Origin: Alphaproteobacteria bacterium
GTDB lineage: Bacteria > Pseudomonadota > Alphaproteobacteria > Micavibrionales > UBA2020
Reading direction: 5' to 3'
NCBI GenBank assembly: GCA_029266795.1
Contig: JAQSWE010000003.1
Coordinates: 1 to 43,788 of the forward strand
Length of the DNA: 43,788 nt
Positions within the stretch are counted from its first letter, which is position 1; the number at the start of each line of letters is the position of its first letter. The notes beneath the pieces are model-generated. The model had not been told where the DNA came from. It searched no databases and saw only the letters and a list, made by a program, of their open reading frames with translations. A program made the translations under genes and the position numbers. This document shows, one piece after another, positions 16,305 through 25,709 of the stretch.

Positions 16305-17570
16305 ATGACCAAAAGCGCCGCAGAGCCGGGCATTTTCGCGCAAATGACTCAAGACAAAGTCGTGACGCTCACGATTCTGGTCGCCGCCTTCGGCTATTTC
16401 GTCGATGTGTTCGACTTGTTGCTGTTCAACATCCTGCGCGTCTCGTCACTGAAAGACCTCGGCGTGCCGGAAGACCAGTTGCTGGATCAGGGCGTGTTCC
16501 TGCTGAACACGCAAATGGCGGGGCTGCTGGTCGGCGGGTTTTTCTGGGGCGTGGCGGGCGATAAATTCGGGCGGCTCTCCGTCCTGTTCGGCTCGATCAT
16601 CCTTTATTCGCTCGGCAATATCGCGAATGCCTTTGTCACCACTGTAGACCAGTATGCGGTCTTGCGGTTTATCACGGGGCTGGGTCTGGCGGGCGAGCTG
16701 GGCGTGGGCGTCACGCTGGCATCGGAATTATTGCCGCGCAAACTGCGCGGGCTCGGCACCACATTTATCGCATCCATCGGCGTGATGGGGGCGGTTGCGG
16801 CAGGAATCATCGCGAATTACGTGTCGTGGCGGCATGCCTACCTGATCGGCGGCGGCATGGGTATCCTGCTGCTGCTGCTGCGCGTGGGCGTCAAGGAATC
16901 CGGCATGTTCAAGAAAGTAGTGGCGGAAGGCGCGAAGGTGTCGCGCGGCAATATGCTGATGTTCTTCCGCGACCTTGACCTGTTCCGCCGTTATATAGCG
17001 GTGCTGATGATCGGCGCGCCGCTGTGGTGCATCGTCGGCATGTTCATCACTTTTACGCCGGAATTTGCGAAAGATTTTGGCATGGCGGACCCGCTGCCCA
17101 CCGCCGCGAATGCCGTGCTGTGGTGCTATGTGGGCCTGACCGTCGGCGACATGCTGAGCGGCCTGTTGAGCCAGTACCTGCAAAGCCGCCGCAAATCGAT
17201 TGCGTTTTCGCTGGTCTTCCTCAGCGTTTCGACGCTTATTTTCACGCATGTCACCCCGTCATCGGTCGAAATATATTATGCCATGTGCTGCCTGATGGGC
17301 ATCGGCGCGGGGTACTGGGCGATGTTCGTGCAGATCGGGGCGGAGCAGTTCGGCACCAACCTGCGCGCAACCGCCGCGACCAGCGTGCCGAACGTGGCGC
17401 GCGGGCTTGCCATTCCCATCACGCTCGGCTTCCGCGCGCTGATCCCCGTTTTCGGCGTCACGGGCGGCGGACTTGCCGTATTCGCGGTTGTTATGGCTTG
17501 CGCCTTTGCGGGCCTGCTGCTGGTCAAGGAAACCTTCCACGACGACCTCGACTATGTGGAAAAATCGTAA
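16305..17570 (+). CDS. MFS transporter, 421 aa
   Basis: About 12 hydrophobic helices, with the MFS motif A-like GVAGDKFGRLSV after TM2. GGGGAA RBS at 16293-16298. Confidence 0.8.
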   Translation: MTKSAAEPGIFAQMTQDKVVTLTILVAAFGYFVDVFDLLLFNILRVSSLKDLGVPEDQLLDQGVFLLNTQMAGLLVGGFFWGVAGDKFGRLSVLFGSIILYSLGNIANAFVTTVDQYAVLRFITGLGLAGELGVGVTLASELLPRKLRGLGTTFIASIGVMGAVAAGIIANYVSWRHAYLIGGGMGILLLLLRVGVKESGMFKKVVAEGAKVSRGNMLMFFRDLDLFRRYIAVLMIGAPLWCIVGMFITFTPEFAKDFGMADPLPTAANAVLWCYVGLTVGDMLSGLLSQYLQSRRKSIAFSLVFLSVSTLIFTHVTPSSVEIYYAMCCLMGIGAGYWAMFVQIGAEQFGTNLRATAATSVPNVARGLAIPITLGFRALIPVFGVTGGGLAVFAVVMACAFAGLLLVKETFHDDLDYVEKS

Positions 17571-17605
17571 GACAGGTGATAGGCTTGGCGGCACAGGAGA
17601 TTTTC

Positions 17606-18235
17606 ATGAAATATCTTTTTCTCGCCGCTATTCTGTTTTTTGCAACACCCGCACAGGCCGCAGAATTTGCAGGTTATGTGCGCGAAGTGTCGGGCGATGT
17701 GACGATTGACCGTGGCGCGGGCGCGAAGCCGCTGCACAAGGGCGACGATATCGCCATCAACGATAAAATCATCACGGCGAAGGGCGGCCGCGCAAAAATC
17801 GAATTCGCCGACGGGGCGGAACTGGTGTTGGCGCAGAACGGAAGCCTGAAAATCGACCAATACGTCTATGACCCGAAAAAGCCGCATGACGGCAAGGCGG
17901 AAATGACGGTGCTCGACAGCGCCTTCGCCTTCACCGGCGGGTGGATGGACAAGGGCGACAAATCCGACGTCAAAATGAATTTGAATTTCGGCACCATCGG
18001 CGTGCGCGGCACAAAAATCATGCGCGCGATGAACGGCAATGAATGCTGGATCTACCTGCAATCGGGCAATATCGACGTCTATAACAAGGGCGGCAAGGTG
18101 TCGCTGAAGCCAGGCGAAGGAACGATTATGTCGGCGAAAACGAAAGCCCCCGCCGCGCCGCATGTCTGGCCGAAAAAAGAAATCGAATGGATCTCCGCGA
18201 ATGTCGCGGGTGATACCAAGGAATGGAAACCGTAA
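17606..18235 (+). CDS. secreted FecR-domain protein, 209 aa
   Basis: ATG 17606 follows AGGAGA (17595-17600). Signal peptide MKYLFLAAILFFATPAQA. VSGDVTIDRGAGAKPLHKGDDIAINDKIITAKGGRAKIEFADGAELVLAQNGSLKID is the classic FecR-domain pattern. The track ORF start 17024 is a shadow extension over the MFS gene. Confidence 0.7.
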   Translation: MKYLFLAAILFFATPAQAAEFAGYVREVSGDVTIDRGAGAKPLHKGDDIAINDKIITAKGGRAKIEFADGAELVLAQNGSLKIDQYVYDPKKPHDGKAEMTVLDSAFAFTGGWMDKGDKSDVKMNLNFGTIGVRGTKIMRAMNGNECWIYLQSGNIDVYNKGGKVSLKPGEGTIMSAKTKAPAAPHVWPKKEIEWISANVAGDTKEWKP

Positions 18236-18236
18236 C

Positions 18237-19781
18237 ATGTTCGCCGTCACCGCCCCTGCTGTTGCAGGACAGGATGAGATTTTAACGCCCGAAGCCTTCG
18301 CGTTCCTGGAAGGCCTCGAGAAAAACTTCGGCAACCGCCGCCGTCTGCTGATGACAGAGCGCGCACGGCTGCAGCAAAAGCTGGATGGCGGCTGGAACCC
18401 GGATTTCATAGCCGACACGAAACACATCCGCGACGCCGACTGGAAAGTGCGCCCTGCCCCCGCCGATCTGCTCGACCGCCGCGTCGAAATAACCGGCCCG
18501 CCCGACCGCAAGATGGTCATCAATGCGCTGAATTCGGGCGCGAGCTGCTTCATGGCGGATTTCGAGGATTCGAACACGCCGACATGGGAAAACCAGATCA
18601 GCGGCCAGATCAACCTGCGCGACGCGAATGACCGCGCGATTGAATTCAAGGATGCGGCGAGCGGCAAGGAATATAAGCTAAAAGATAAAACCGCCGTGCT
18701 GCTGGTACGCCCGCGCGGCCTGCATATGGAAGAAAAACATCTGAAGCTCGACGGGCAGTTTCTGTCGGCATCATTCTTCGATTTCGGCCTGTACCTGTTC
18801 CACAACCGCACCGCGCCCTATTACTACCTGCCCAAGCTGGAAAGCTGGCAGGAGGCGCAATTGTGGAGCGACGTGATTTCATTCGCCGAAGATGCGCTGG
18901 AATTGCCGCGCGGCACGGTGCGGGTGACGGTACTGATCGAAACGATCACCGCAGCGTTCCAGATGGATGAGATTTTGCACGCGCTGAAGGACCACATCGT
19001 CGGCCTGAATTGCGGGCGGTGGGATTATATTTTCAGCTACATCAAGAAATTCCGCAACCGCGCCGATGTCATCGTGCCGGATCGCGGGTCTGTCACGATG
19101 ACCGCGCATTTCCTGCGCAGCTATTCGCTGAACCTCATCAAGACCTGCCACCGCCGCGGCGCGCATGCGATGGGCGGCATGGCGGCGCAGATTCCGATCA
19201 AGAACGACGAAGCCGCGAACAATGCCGCGCTCGAAAAAGTCCGCGCAGATAAAACGCGTGAAGCGACAGACGGCCATGATGGCACTTGGGTCGCGCATCC
19301 CGCGCTTGTCCCCATCGCGAAGGAAATTTTCGACAAGTTGATGCCGCAAGCCAACCAGCTGGACAAGCTGCGCGAAGACGTGAACATCACGGCGGTAGAC
19401 CTGCTGAAAGCGCCGGAAGGCAAGATCACCGAAGACGGTCTGCGCCGCAACATCAATATCGGGCTGCTCTACCTGAAGGCGTGGCTGGCGGGCAATGGCT
19501 GCGTGCCGGTCCACAATTTGATGGAGGACGCGGCGACCGCCGAGATTTCCCGCGCGCAATTGTGGCAATGGCGGCATCACAAGGCGAAGCTGGATGACGG
19601 ACGCGTGATCGACGACAATTTCATGCATGCGATGCTGATGGACGAAGCCGCGAAGCTGGACGCCGACACATACACCAGCGCCGCCGCCGGCATGTTCGCC
19701 GGCATGGTGATGGCACCCGTGCTGGACGATTTCCTGACAACGAAGGCCTATGACTGGGTGCTTGAGGACGAGCGCGCATAG
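18237..19781 (+). CDS. aceB: malate synthase A, 514 aa
   Basis: DRRVEITGPPDRKMVINALNSGASCFMADFEDSNTPTW, YYYLPKLESWQEA, LIETITAAFQMDEIL, GLNCGRWDYIFS and DGHDGTWVAHP are malate synthase A signatures. The ATG lies 1 nt after the FecR-like stop. Confidence 0.92.
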   Translation: MFAVTAPAVAGQDEILTPEAFAFLEGLEKNFGNRRRLLMTERARLQQKLDGGWNPDFIADTKHIRDADWKVRPAPADLLDRRVEITGPPDRKMVINALNSGASCFMADFEDSNTPTWENQISGQINLRDANDRAIEFKDAASGKEYKLKDKTAVLLVRPRGLHMEEKHLKLDGQFLSASFFDFGLYLFHNRTAPYYYLPKLESWQEAQLWSDVISFAEDALELPRGTVRVTVLIETITAAFQMDEILHALKDHIVGLNCGRWDYIFSYIKKFRNRADVIVPDRGSVTMTAHFLRSYSLNLIKTCHRRGAHAMGGMAAQIPIKNDEAANNAALEKVRADKTREATDGHDGTWVAHPALVPIAKEIFDKLMPQANQLDKLREDVNITAVDLLKAPEGKITEDGLRRNINIGLLYLKAWLAGNGCVPVHNLMEDAATAEISRAQLWQWRHHKAKLDDGRVIDDNFMHAMLMDEAAKLDADTYTSAAAGMFAGMVMAPVLDDFLTTKAYDWVLEDERA

Positions 19782-20990
19782 ATGGAAATCGACGTCACCC
19801 AATGGCTGAGCCTCGCGCTGCGCTGGTTCCACCTGATGCTCGGCATCATGTGGATCGGCGCGTCGTTCTATTTCGTATGGCTCGATCTTTCCTTGCGTCC
19901 TGCCAAAGATAAAAAAGACCGTGACGCCGGCGTATCGGGCGAAGTCTGGGCGGTACATGGCGGCGGGTTTTACCACAAGAAAAAATATCTCGTCGCGCCC
20001 GAAGGCATGCCGGACGACCTGCACTGGTTCAAATGGGAAGCGTATCTGACCTTTATCAGCGGCTTCTTCCTGCTCTGCCTGATGTATTACTGGCAGGCGG
20101 ATTTATACCTGATCGACACCGCCAAATACGCCTTCACCCCCGCGCAGGCGACATTTACCGGTTTGGCGTTCCTGCTGGGCGGATGGCTGTTTTACGATGA
20201 ATTGTGCAAAAGCCCTCTTGGCGAAAACGTGAAAGTATTCTCCGTGATCTGGGCGCTTGCGCTGATCGCTGCCGCTTATGCGCTCAGCCAGATTTTCACA
20301 GGTCGCGGCGCGTTTATCCATGTCGGCGCGATGATCGGCACGGCGATGACGGCGAATGTCTTTGCGGTCATCATCCCGAACCAGAAAAAGGTCGTCGCCG
20401 CTCTGCTGCGGGGCGGCAAGCCCGATGCGAAATACGGCAAGATCGCCAAACAGCGGTCGATGCACAACAACTACATGACCCTGCCCGTGTTGCTGATCAT
20501 GATCAGCAATCATTATCCGGTTTTATATGCGGGCGACTGGAACTGGGCGATCTTGGCCGCGCTCGGCCTCTCCTCATGGCCGTTCCGCCATTATTTCAAC
20601 CTGAAGGACCGCGGCATCACCGATTACCGCTTCCTGGCGGCGGGGCTGGCCGGTTTTGCGCTGACGATCTGCGCGGCGTCAGGATTATTCGCCGCACCCA
20701 AACCTGTCCAGCATATCGACGCGGCGTCGCCTGCCGAAATCCGCCAGATCGTGCGCACGCATTGCAGCGGCTGCCACAGCGACACGCCGACCCATGCGAG
20801 CGTCACCGAAGCGCCGAAGGGCGTCGCGTTTGATACGATGGAGCAGATTAAACAATACGCACCGCGCATCATCGAGCAGGCGGTGAAGGCCGATACGATG
20901 CCGCTCGGCAACGAAACGGGCATGACCGATGCGGAGCGAGCGAAACTTGGCGCGGGACTGGCACAGCAAACCGTTGAGGAAAAACACTAA
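19782..20990 (+). CDS. puuD: urate hydroxylase PuuD (DUF989 membrane domain + C-terminal cytochrome c), 402 aa
   Basis: WFHLMLGIMWIGASFYFVWLD and multiple TM helices, plus the C-terminal haem-c motif THCSGCHS. The ATG directly abuts the aceB TAG (TAGATG). Confidence 0.8.
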   Translation: MEIDVTQWLSLALRWFHLMLGIMWIGASFYFVWLDLSLRPAKDKKDRDAGVSGEVWAVHGGGFYHKKKYLVAPEGMPDDLHWFKWEAYLTFISGFFLLCLMYYWQADLYLIDTAKYAFTPAQATFTGLAFLLGGWLFYDELCKSPLGENVKVFSVIWALALIAAAYALSQIFTGRGAFIHVGAMIGTAMTANVFAVIIPNQKKVVAALLRGGKPDAKYGKIAKQRSMHNNYMTLPVLLIMISNHYPVLYAGDWNWAILAALGLSSWPFRHYFNLKDRGITDYRFLAAGLAGFALTICAASGLFAAPKPVQHIDAASPAEIRQIVRTHCSGCHSDTPTHASVTEAPKGVAFDTMEQIKQYAPRIIEQAVKADTMPLGNETGMTDAERAKLGAGLAQQTVEEKH

Positions 20991-21148
20991 ATTGCGTCTA
21001 TCGCAACTTTTACTTGACGGATTATCGTAATTCTGGTAGCCTGAAGAAGAGTGAAAGGAAGCCAAAAATGTCGGGGAGTCCCGGAAAACCACCAAAAACC
21101 CCGAAAATAACGCCCTTCTTCCTTTATCTCCTCAAACTTCTCCGAACA

Positions 21149-21505
21149 TTAACTGCCGCGATAAGTGCTGTAGCCGTAGGGCGAGACGAGCAGCGGCACG
21201 TGGTAATGGCTGTCGCCGTCGCTGATCCCGAACTGGATGGTGATGAGGTCCAGAAACGGGAATTTGGGCAGCTCGACGCCCATGCGGCGGAAATACTTCC
21301 CCGCCTCGAATTCAATCCGGTAGGTGCCGGGCTTGAAATCTTTCTCCGCCAGCAACGGCGCATCGACGCGTCCATCGGTGTTGGTCTTGGTCGCCAGCAG
21401 CAGCGTCGCCGCGCCGCCCGTGCCGAGCCGGAACAGGCGCAGACGCACCCCGTTTGCGGGGCAGCCATGCGCGGTGTCGAGAATGTGAGTGGTGAGTTTG
21501 CCCAT
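21149..21505 (-). CDS. uraH: 5-hydroxyisourate hydrolase (transthyretin-like), 118 aa
   Basis: MGKLTTHILDTAHGCPA..., HYHVPLLVSPYGYSTYRGS with the diagnostic C-terminal YRGS. AAGGAG RBS upstream. Confidence 0.92.
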   Translation of the reverse strand: MGKLTTHILDTAHGCPANGVRLRLFRLGTGGAATLLLATKTNTDGRVDAPLLAEKDFKPGTYRIEFEAGKYFRRMGVELPKFPFLDLITIQFGISDGDSHYHVPLLVSPYGYSTYRGS

Positions 21506-21780
21506 CGTGAAATCTCCTTGTTTGTTTCGAGCCTAAGCCTTGCACAGATTCCGTCAAGAGCAAGCCGTACCCGCTTTCCGGAAATTCCCGTTAACGGCTC
21601 CCTAACCCCGTCCGCGTATCATGAAATATTCGCGTGGCGATGCGGGGGGAATTATGGCCTTATACTGGAATACTGCGGACAGAAAAATCACGGCGCACGG
21701 CAATACGTTGCGCGGATCGGTGCCGATGCGCGTCAAGCTGGGCGCGCCGCGCGCAAAAACCCCCGCAGCATGGGCGAAAT

Positions 21781-22785
21781 ATGGCGACAAAGAAAAAACC
21801 GCGTTCCAGAACTTCTAAAAAACCCGTCGCTGCGAAAAACGGCGGCAATGGCGAGCGCCCGCCCGCGCCCCCGCGCGACCCGCGCGATTACGTGGGCTAT
21901 GGCGAAAACCCGCCCCATGCCAACTGGCCGGGCGGCGCGCGCGTGGCGGTACAGTTCGTCCTGAATTACGAGGAAGGCGGCGAGAACTGCGTGCTGAACG
22001 GCGACGCGGCGTCCGAAACATTCCTGTCCGAAATCATCAACGCACCGCGCATCGAAGGCCGGCATATCAGCATGGAGTCGATCTACGAATATGGCACGCG
22101 CGCGGGCGTATGGCGGCTGCTGCGGCTGTTCAAGAAATACAAGATGCCCGTCACCGTTTTCGCGGTCGCCCTTGCGCTCGAAAAATATCCCGCGATGGCG
22201 AAGACGTTTTTGCGCGAAGGGCACGAGATCGCTTCGCACGGCTATCGCTGGATCAATTACCAGGATATCGACATCAAGACCGAGCGCGACCATATGAAGC
22301 GCGCAGTGGAAATTATCGAGCGCCTGTCGGGCGAGCGCCCGCTCGGCTGGTATACGGGTCGCACCAGCCCCAACACGCGGCAGCTGGTGATGGAAGACGG
22401 CAGTTTCCTGTATGACGCCGATGATTACAGCGACGACTTGCCGTTCTGGTATACCGAGGCAGATAAAAAACAGCTGGTCGTGCCCTATACGCTCGACACC
22501 AACGATATGCGCTTTGCGGCGGCGCAGGGCTTCAATTCGGGCGACCAGTATTTCGCTTACTTGCGCGATGCGTTCGATGTTTTGTATGAAGAGGGCGAAC
22601 ATGCGCCCAAAATGCTGTCGATCGGCTTGCATTGCCGCATCGTCGGGCGCCCCGCGCGCATGGCGGCACTCGAGCGGTTTATCCAGCATGTGAAATCGCA
22701 TGACAAGGTCTGGATCGCGCGCCGCATCGATATCGCGCGCCACTGGATGGAAAAACACCCGTATAAGGATGCGCCCCGTGGATGA
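21781..22785 (+). CDS. puuE: allantoinase PuuE (polysaccharide-deacetylase fold), 334 aa
   Basis: DYVGYGENPPHANWPGGARVAVQFVLNYEEGGEN, ESIYEYGTRAGVWRLLRLF, HGYRWINY and LHCRIVGRPARMAALERFI match PuuE. The only in-frame ATG before the conserved core is 21781, giving a basic ~35-aa N-terminal tail. Confidence 0.88.
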   Translation: MATKKKPRSRTSKKPVAAKNGGNGERPPAPPRDPRDYVGYGENPPHANWPGGARVAVQFVLNYEEGGENCVLNGDAASETFLSEIINAPRIEGRHISMESIYEYGTRAGVWRLLRLFKKYKMPVTVFAVALALEKYPAMAKTFLREGHEIASHGYRWINYQDIDIKTERDHMKRAVEIIERLSGERPLGWYTGRTSPNTRQLVMEDGSFLYDADDYSDDLPFWYTEADKKQLVVPYTLDTNDMRFAAAQGFNSGDQYFAYLRDAFDVLYEEGEHAPKMLSIGLHCRIVGRPARMAALERFIQHVKSHDKVWIARRIDIARHWMEKHPYKDAPRG

Positions 22786-23290
22786 CGACAAGGAACTGTC
22801 GCGGAAACCCGCCGATGTCAGCCTCGATGAATTCCTGAAGATTTACGGCGGCATTTACGAGCATTCGCCGTGGATCGCGGAGGGCGCATTCAAAAGCGGC
22901 GCGACCACCGTGCGCGCGATGCATGACACAATGAAGAAAACCGTGGCCGCCGGCACCGATGAGCAGAAAATGGCGCTGGTGAAAGCGCATCCCGACCTCG
23001 CCTGCGCCCCTGCCGAGGCCGCGACGCTGACCGCATCGTCAGTGTCGGAGCAAAAGGGCGCGGGGTTGAAGGAGTGCACGCCGGAGGAATACGCCGAATT
23101 CCAGCAGCTCAACCGCGATTACAAGGCGAAGTTCGGCTTCCCCTTCATCGTCGCCGTGAAAGGGCTGCACCGCACCGATATCCTGCAGCTGTTCCGCCAG
23201 CGCATCAAGAACGACCCCGCGACCGAATTCGCAACCGCCCTGCAGCAGATTGACCGCATCGCCTATTTCCGGCTGATGGGGCTGCCGTAA
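22769..23290 (+). CDS. uraD: OHCU decarboxylase, 173 aa
   Basis: FLKIYGGIYEHSPWIAE...LVKAHPDL...SEQKGAGL...EEYAEFQQLNRDYKAKFGFPFIVAVKG matches 2-oxo-4-hydroxy-4-carboxy-5-ureidoimidazoline decarboxylase. The start overlaps the puuE 3' end (ATG 22769, or in-frame GTG 22778). Confidence 0.88.
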   Translation: MRPVDDDKELSRKPADVSLDEFLKIYGGIYEHSPWIAEGAFKSGATTVRAMHDTMKKTVAAGTDEQKMALVKAHPDLACAPAEAATLTASSVSEQKGAGLKECTPEEYAEFQQLNRDYKAKFGFPFIVAVKGLHRTDILQLFRQRIKNDPATEFATALQQIDRIAYFRLMGLP

Positions 23291-23327
23291 AACTTGGCGT
23301 CATTATGGATAAAAAGACCCGAATCAA

Positions 23328-23357
23328 TTGACGCTGCCACATGCATTTTCGGATAGT
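23328..23357 (+). promoter_or_regulatory. candidate sigma70-type promoter for guaA
   Basis: TTGACG (23328-23333), 18 nt, GATAGT (23352-23357). GAAGGAG RBS at 23378-23384 lies 7 nt before ATG 23392. This is sequence-pattern evidence only. Confidence 0.35.
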
Positions 23358-23391
23358 AGCGCTTCGATAAAACGCGCGAAGGAGCCGACCG

Positions 23392-24984
23392 ATGCAAGCC
23401 CAGCCCGTCACCCCGATCCTCGACCCAAAAAAAATCCACGACACCGTCGTCATACTCGATTTCGGGTCACAGGTGACGCAGCTGATCGCGCGGCGGATAC
23501 GGGAGATCGGGGTTTATTCGGTGCTGCTGCCGTTTAACGCGCCGATGGAAAAAATCCGCGACGCGAACCCCAAGGCAATCATCCTCTCGGGTGGTCCCGC
23601 CAGCGTGACGGAGGCGAATTCGCCCCGCGCCCACGAAGAAATTTTCACCATGGGCATTCCCGTCTTCGGCATCTGCTATGGCCAGCAGACGATGTGCGAG
23701 CAGCTGGGCGGCAAGGTGACGCCGAGCCCCAAGCGCGAATTCGGCCGCGCGCATATTTCGGTGGAAGATAACACCTCGCCCCTTTTCGCGGGCATTTGGC
23801 AGCCCGGCACGATGCCGCAGGTCTGGATGAGCCATGGCGACAGCGTCTCGGCCATTCCGGACGGTTTCAAGGTGATCGGCAAAAGCGACACCTGCCCCTA
23901 TGCCGCGGTCGCCGACGAAAAACGCAAATTCTACGGCGTGCAGTTCCACCCCGAGGTCGTGCATACGCCCGAGGGCAAACAGATTATCTCCAACTTCATC
24001 CTCAACATCGCCAAATGCAAGAACGACTGGACGATGGCGATGTTCAAGGACGAGGCGATCGAGGCGATCCGCAAGCAGGTGGGCAAGGAACGCGTCATCT
24101 GCGGCGTATCGGGTGGCGTGGATTCGACGGTCGTCGCGGGGCTGCTGCATGCTGCGATCGGCGACCAGCTGACCTGCATTTTCGTCGATACAGGATTGAT
24201 GCGCCAGAACGAGGGGCAGGAAGTGGTCGACCTGTTCCGCGACCATTTCAACATCCCGCTGGTGCATGAACAAGCGGGCAAGCTGTTCCTCGAGCGGCTT
24301 GCGGGCGTTTCCGACCCCGAACAGAAACGCAAGATCATCGGCAAGGCATTTATCGATACGTTCGAAGACGCGAAGAAACGCGCGGGCGAAGCGCCGTTCC
24401 TCGCCCAAGGCACGCTCTATCCCGATGTCATCGAATCCGTGTCCTTCACCGGCGGGCCGAGCGTCACGATCAAATCGCATCATAACGTCGGCGGCCTCCC
24501 CGAAGACATGAAGTTCAAGCTGGTCGAGCCCTTGCGCGCGCTGTTCAAGGACGAGGTGCGCGCGCTGGGTCTGGAACTCGGCATCCCCGAAAAATTCATC
24601 AAGCGCCACCCCTTCCCCGGCCCCGGCCTCGCTATCCGCATTCCGGGCGATATCACCGAAGAAAAACTGAGCATCCTGCGCAAGGCCGATGCGATTTTCA
24701 TCGAGGAACTGCACAGCAACAAACTCTATGACGAAACCTGTCAGGCCTTCGCCGTGCTGCTGCCCGTGAAGACGGTCGGCGTGATGGGCGACGGACGCAC
24801 CTATGACAGCGTCCTCGCACTCCGCGCCGTCACATCTGTCGACGGCATGACCGCCGACTACGCCCCCCTCCCCCACGAATTCCTCGGCCGCTGCGCCGTC
24901 CGCATCGTGAACGAGGTGAAGGGCATCAACCGCGTGGTGTATGACATCACGAGCAAGCCGCCGGGGACGATTGAGTGGGAGTGA
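23392..24984 (+). CDS. guaA: GMP synthase (glutamine-hydrolysing), 530 aa
   Basis: GATase domain ([31 protein letters not shown]), PP-loop CGVSGGVDS, and C-terminal dimerisation domain ending PPGTIEWE. Confidence 0.97.
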   Translation: MQAQPVTPILDPKKIHDTVVILDFGSQVTQLIARRIREIGVYSVLLPFNAPMEKIRDANPKAIILSGGPASVTEANSPRAHEEIFTMGIPVFGICYGQQTMCEQLGGKVTPSPKREFGRAHISVEDNTSPLFAGIWQPGTMPQVWMSHGDSVSAIPDGFKVIGKSDTCPYAAVADEKRKFYGVQFHPEVVHTPEGKQIISNFILNIAKCKNDWTMAMFKDEAIEAIRKQVGKERVICGVSGGVDSTVVAGLLHAAIGDQLTCIFVDTGLMRQNEGQEVVDLFRDHFNIPLVHEQAGKLFLERLAGVSDPEQKRKIIGKAFIDTFEDAKKRAGEAPFLAQGTLYPDVIESVSFTGGPSVTIKSHHNVGGLPEDMKFKLVEPLRALFKDEVRALGLELGIPEKFIKRHPFPGPGLAIRIPGDITEEKLSILRKADAIFIEELHSNKLYDETCQAFAVLLPVKTVGVMGDGRTYDSVLALRAVTSVDGMTADYAPLPHEFLGRCAVRIVNEVKGINRVVYDITSKPPGTIEWE

Positions 24985-25709
24985 AAACAAAGACCAATAT
25001 TAAGAGTTTGCTAATTGGCACCTTGGCGGCTAGCTGCGGCGCATTTGTGGGCTACTTCAGAGATTATATCCTTGCATGGTTTAAAACAGATGTGGGCACC
25101 AGCGGAGTACCAATGTATGTTTATTTATATCCTCTGGTAGCTACGTCTATAGCAGCATCTTGCGCTATTTATGCTGCTCACAAAGCATTTTCTGCAGCCA
25201 TGCTTGCAGATATACGAGAGCGTGAATTCAGGGCGGATGAATTAGAAAGGAAACGTCTTGCTTACGCCTGCTCACTTTTTTATGAACTGAGAAGAGTTTT
25301 AGCAACGTGCCAAACAGCTACGGGACATACTTACGACACCATCAAGACTTATATTGATGAAAATCAATTTGGCGTTCTTAAACATTTTATTACTGATAAA
25401 GTTTTTGTATTCGTTCCTAAATCGATGGAGGAAGGCTGGGAAGGTCAATCATGCTTGGAAAAAGATACTTTAAGGCTTCTGTATAAAATAAGAATAGATA
25501 TTAACGAACTTATATCTACCACCCAATCGATGAAAAATCGTTGTGAAATAATTTGTAGCTCACTCGAAACCACTAAAAAGTATCCAAAAGATTCTATAGA
25601 TAAAATGTATGATTGGTTAGAAGTAGCGAAGAAAGAGGCCGGAGAACTTGTCGACGAAATAGCGAAATTTAGAACCCATCTAATCGAAATATATAATGTA
25701 AAAGGATAA
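24975..25709 (+). CDS. orphan hypothetical protein in an AT-rich insertion (two N-terminal TM helices + helical domain), up to 244 aa; start uncertain
   Basis: This is the only long ORF in the AT-rich block. TM candidates are [18 protein letters not shown] and [21 protein letters not shown], and the rest is K/E/I-rich and helical. The track start 24975 is a GTG inside the guaA 3' end. Alternatives are GTG 24981, TTG 25008 and the later in-frame ATG encoding MYVYLYPL. I recognise no domain. Confidence 0.5.
   Translation: MGVKTKTNIKSLLIGTLAASCGAFVGYFRDYILAWFKTDVGTSGVPMYVYLYPLVATSIAASCAIYAAHKAFSAAMLADIREREFRADELERKRLAYACSLFYELRRVLATCQTATGHTYDTIKTYIDENQFGVLKHFITDKVFVFVPKSMEEGWEGQSCLEKDTLRLLYKIRIDINELISTTQSMKNRCEIICSSLETTKKYPKDSIDKMYDWLEVAKKEAGELVDEIAKFRTHLIEIYNVKG

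Noticed and set aside
21575-21590. GGAAATTCC palindrome and other short inverted repeats in the 275-bp uraH/puuE divergent intergenic region, as regulator operators.
   Set aside because: Palindromes with 4-bp arms are expected by chance in a region of this size. No repeated copy or flanking regulator gene supports a binding site.
21014-21964. 316-aa + strand ORF spanning the puuD-uraH intergenic region and the uraH antisense strand; also small ORFs 21621..21818 + and 21602..21790 -.
   Set aside because: Their composition is low-complexity and Arg/Ala-rich, and they overlap the strongly supported uraH or puuE genes. They have no RBS or motif support.
24939-24946. 8-bp direct repeat GTATGACA (24939-24946 and 25780-25787) bracketing the AT-rich block, as possible att/target duplication.
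   Set aside because: It is too short to distinguish from chance. The segment between the first copy and the guaA stop is GC-rich and encodes the conserved native GuaA C-terminus (PPGTIEWE), so the repeat does not mark the composition boundary.
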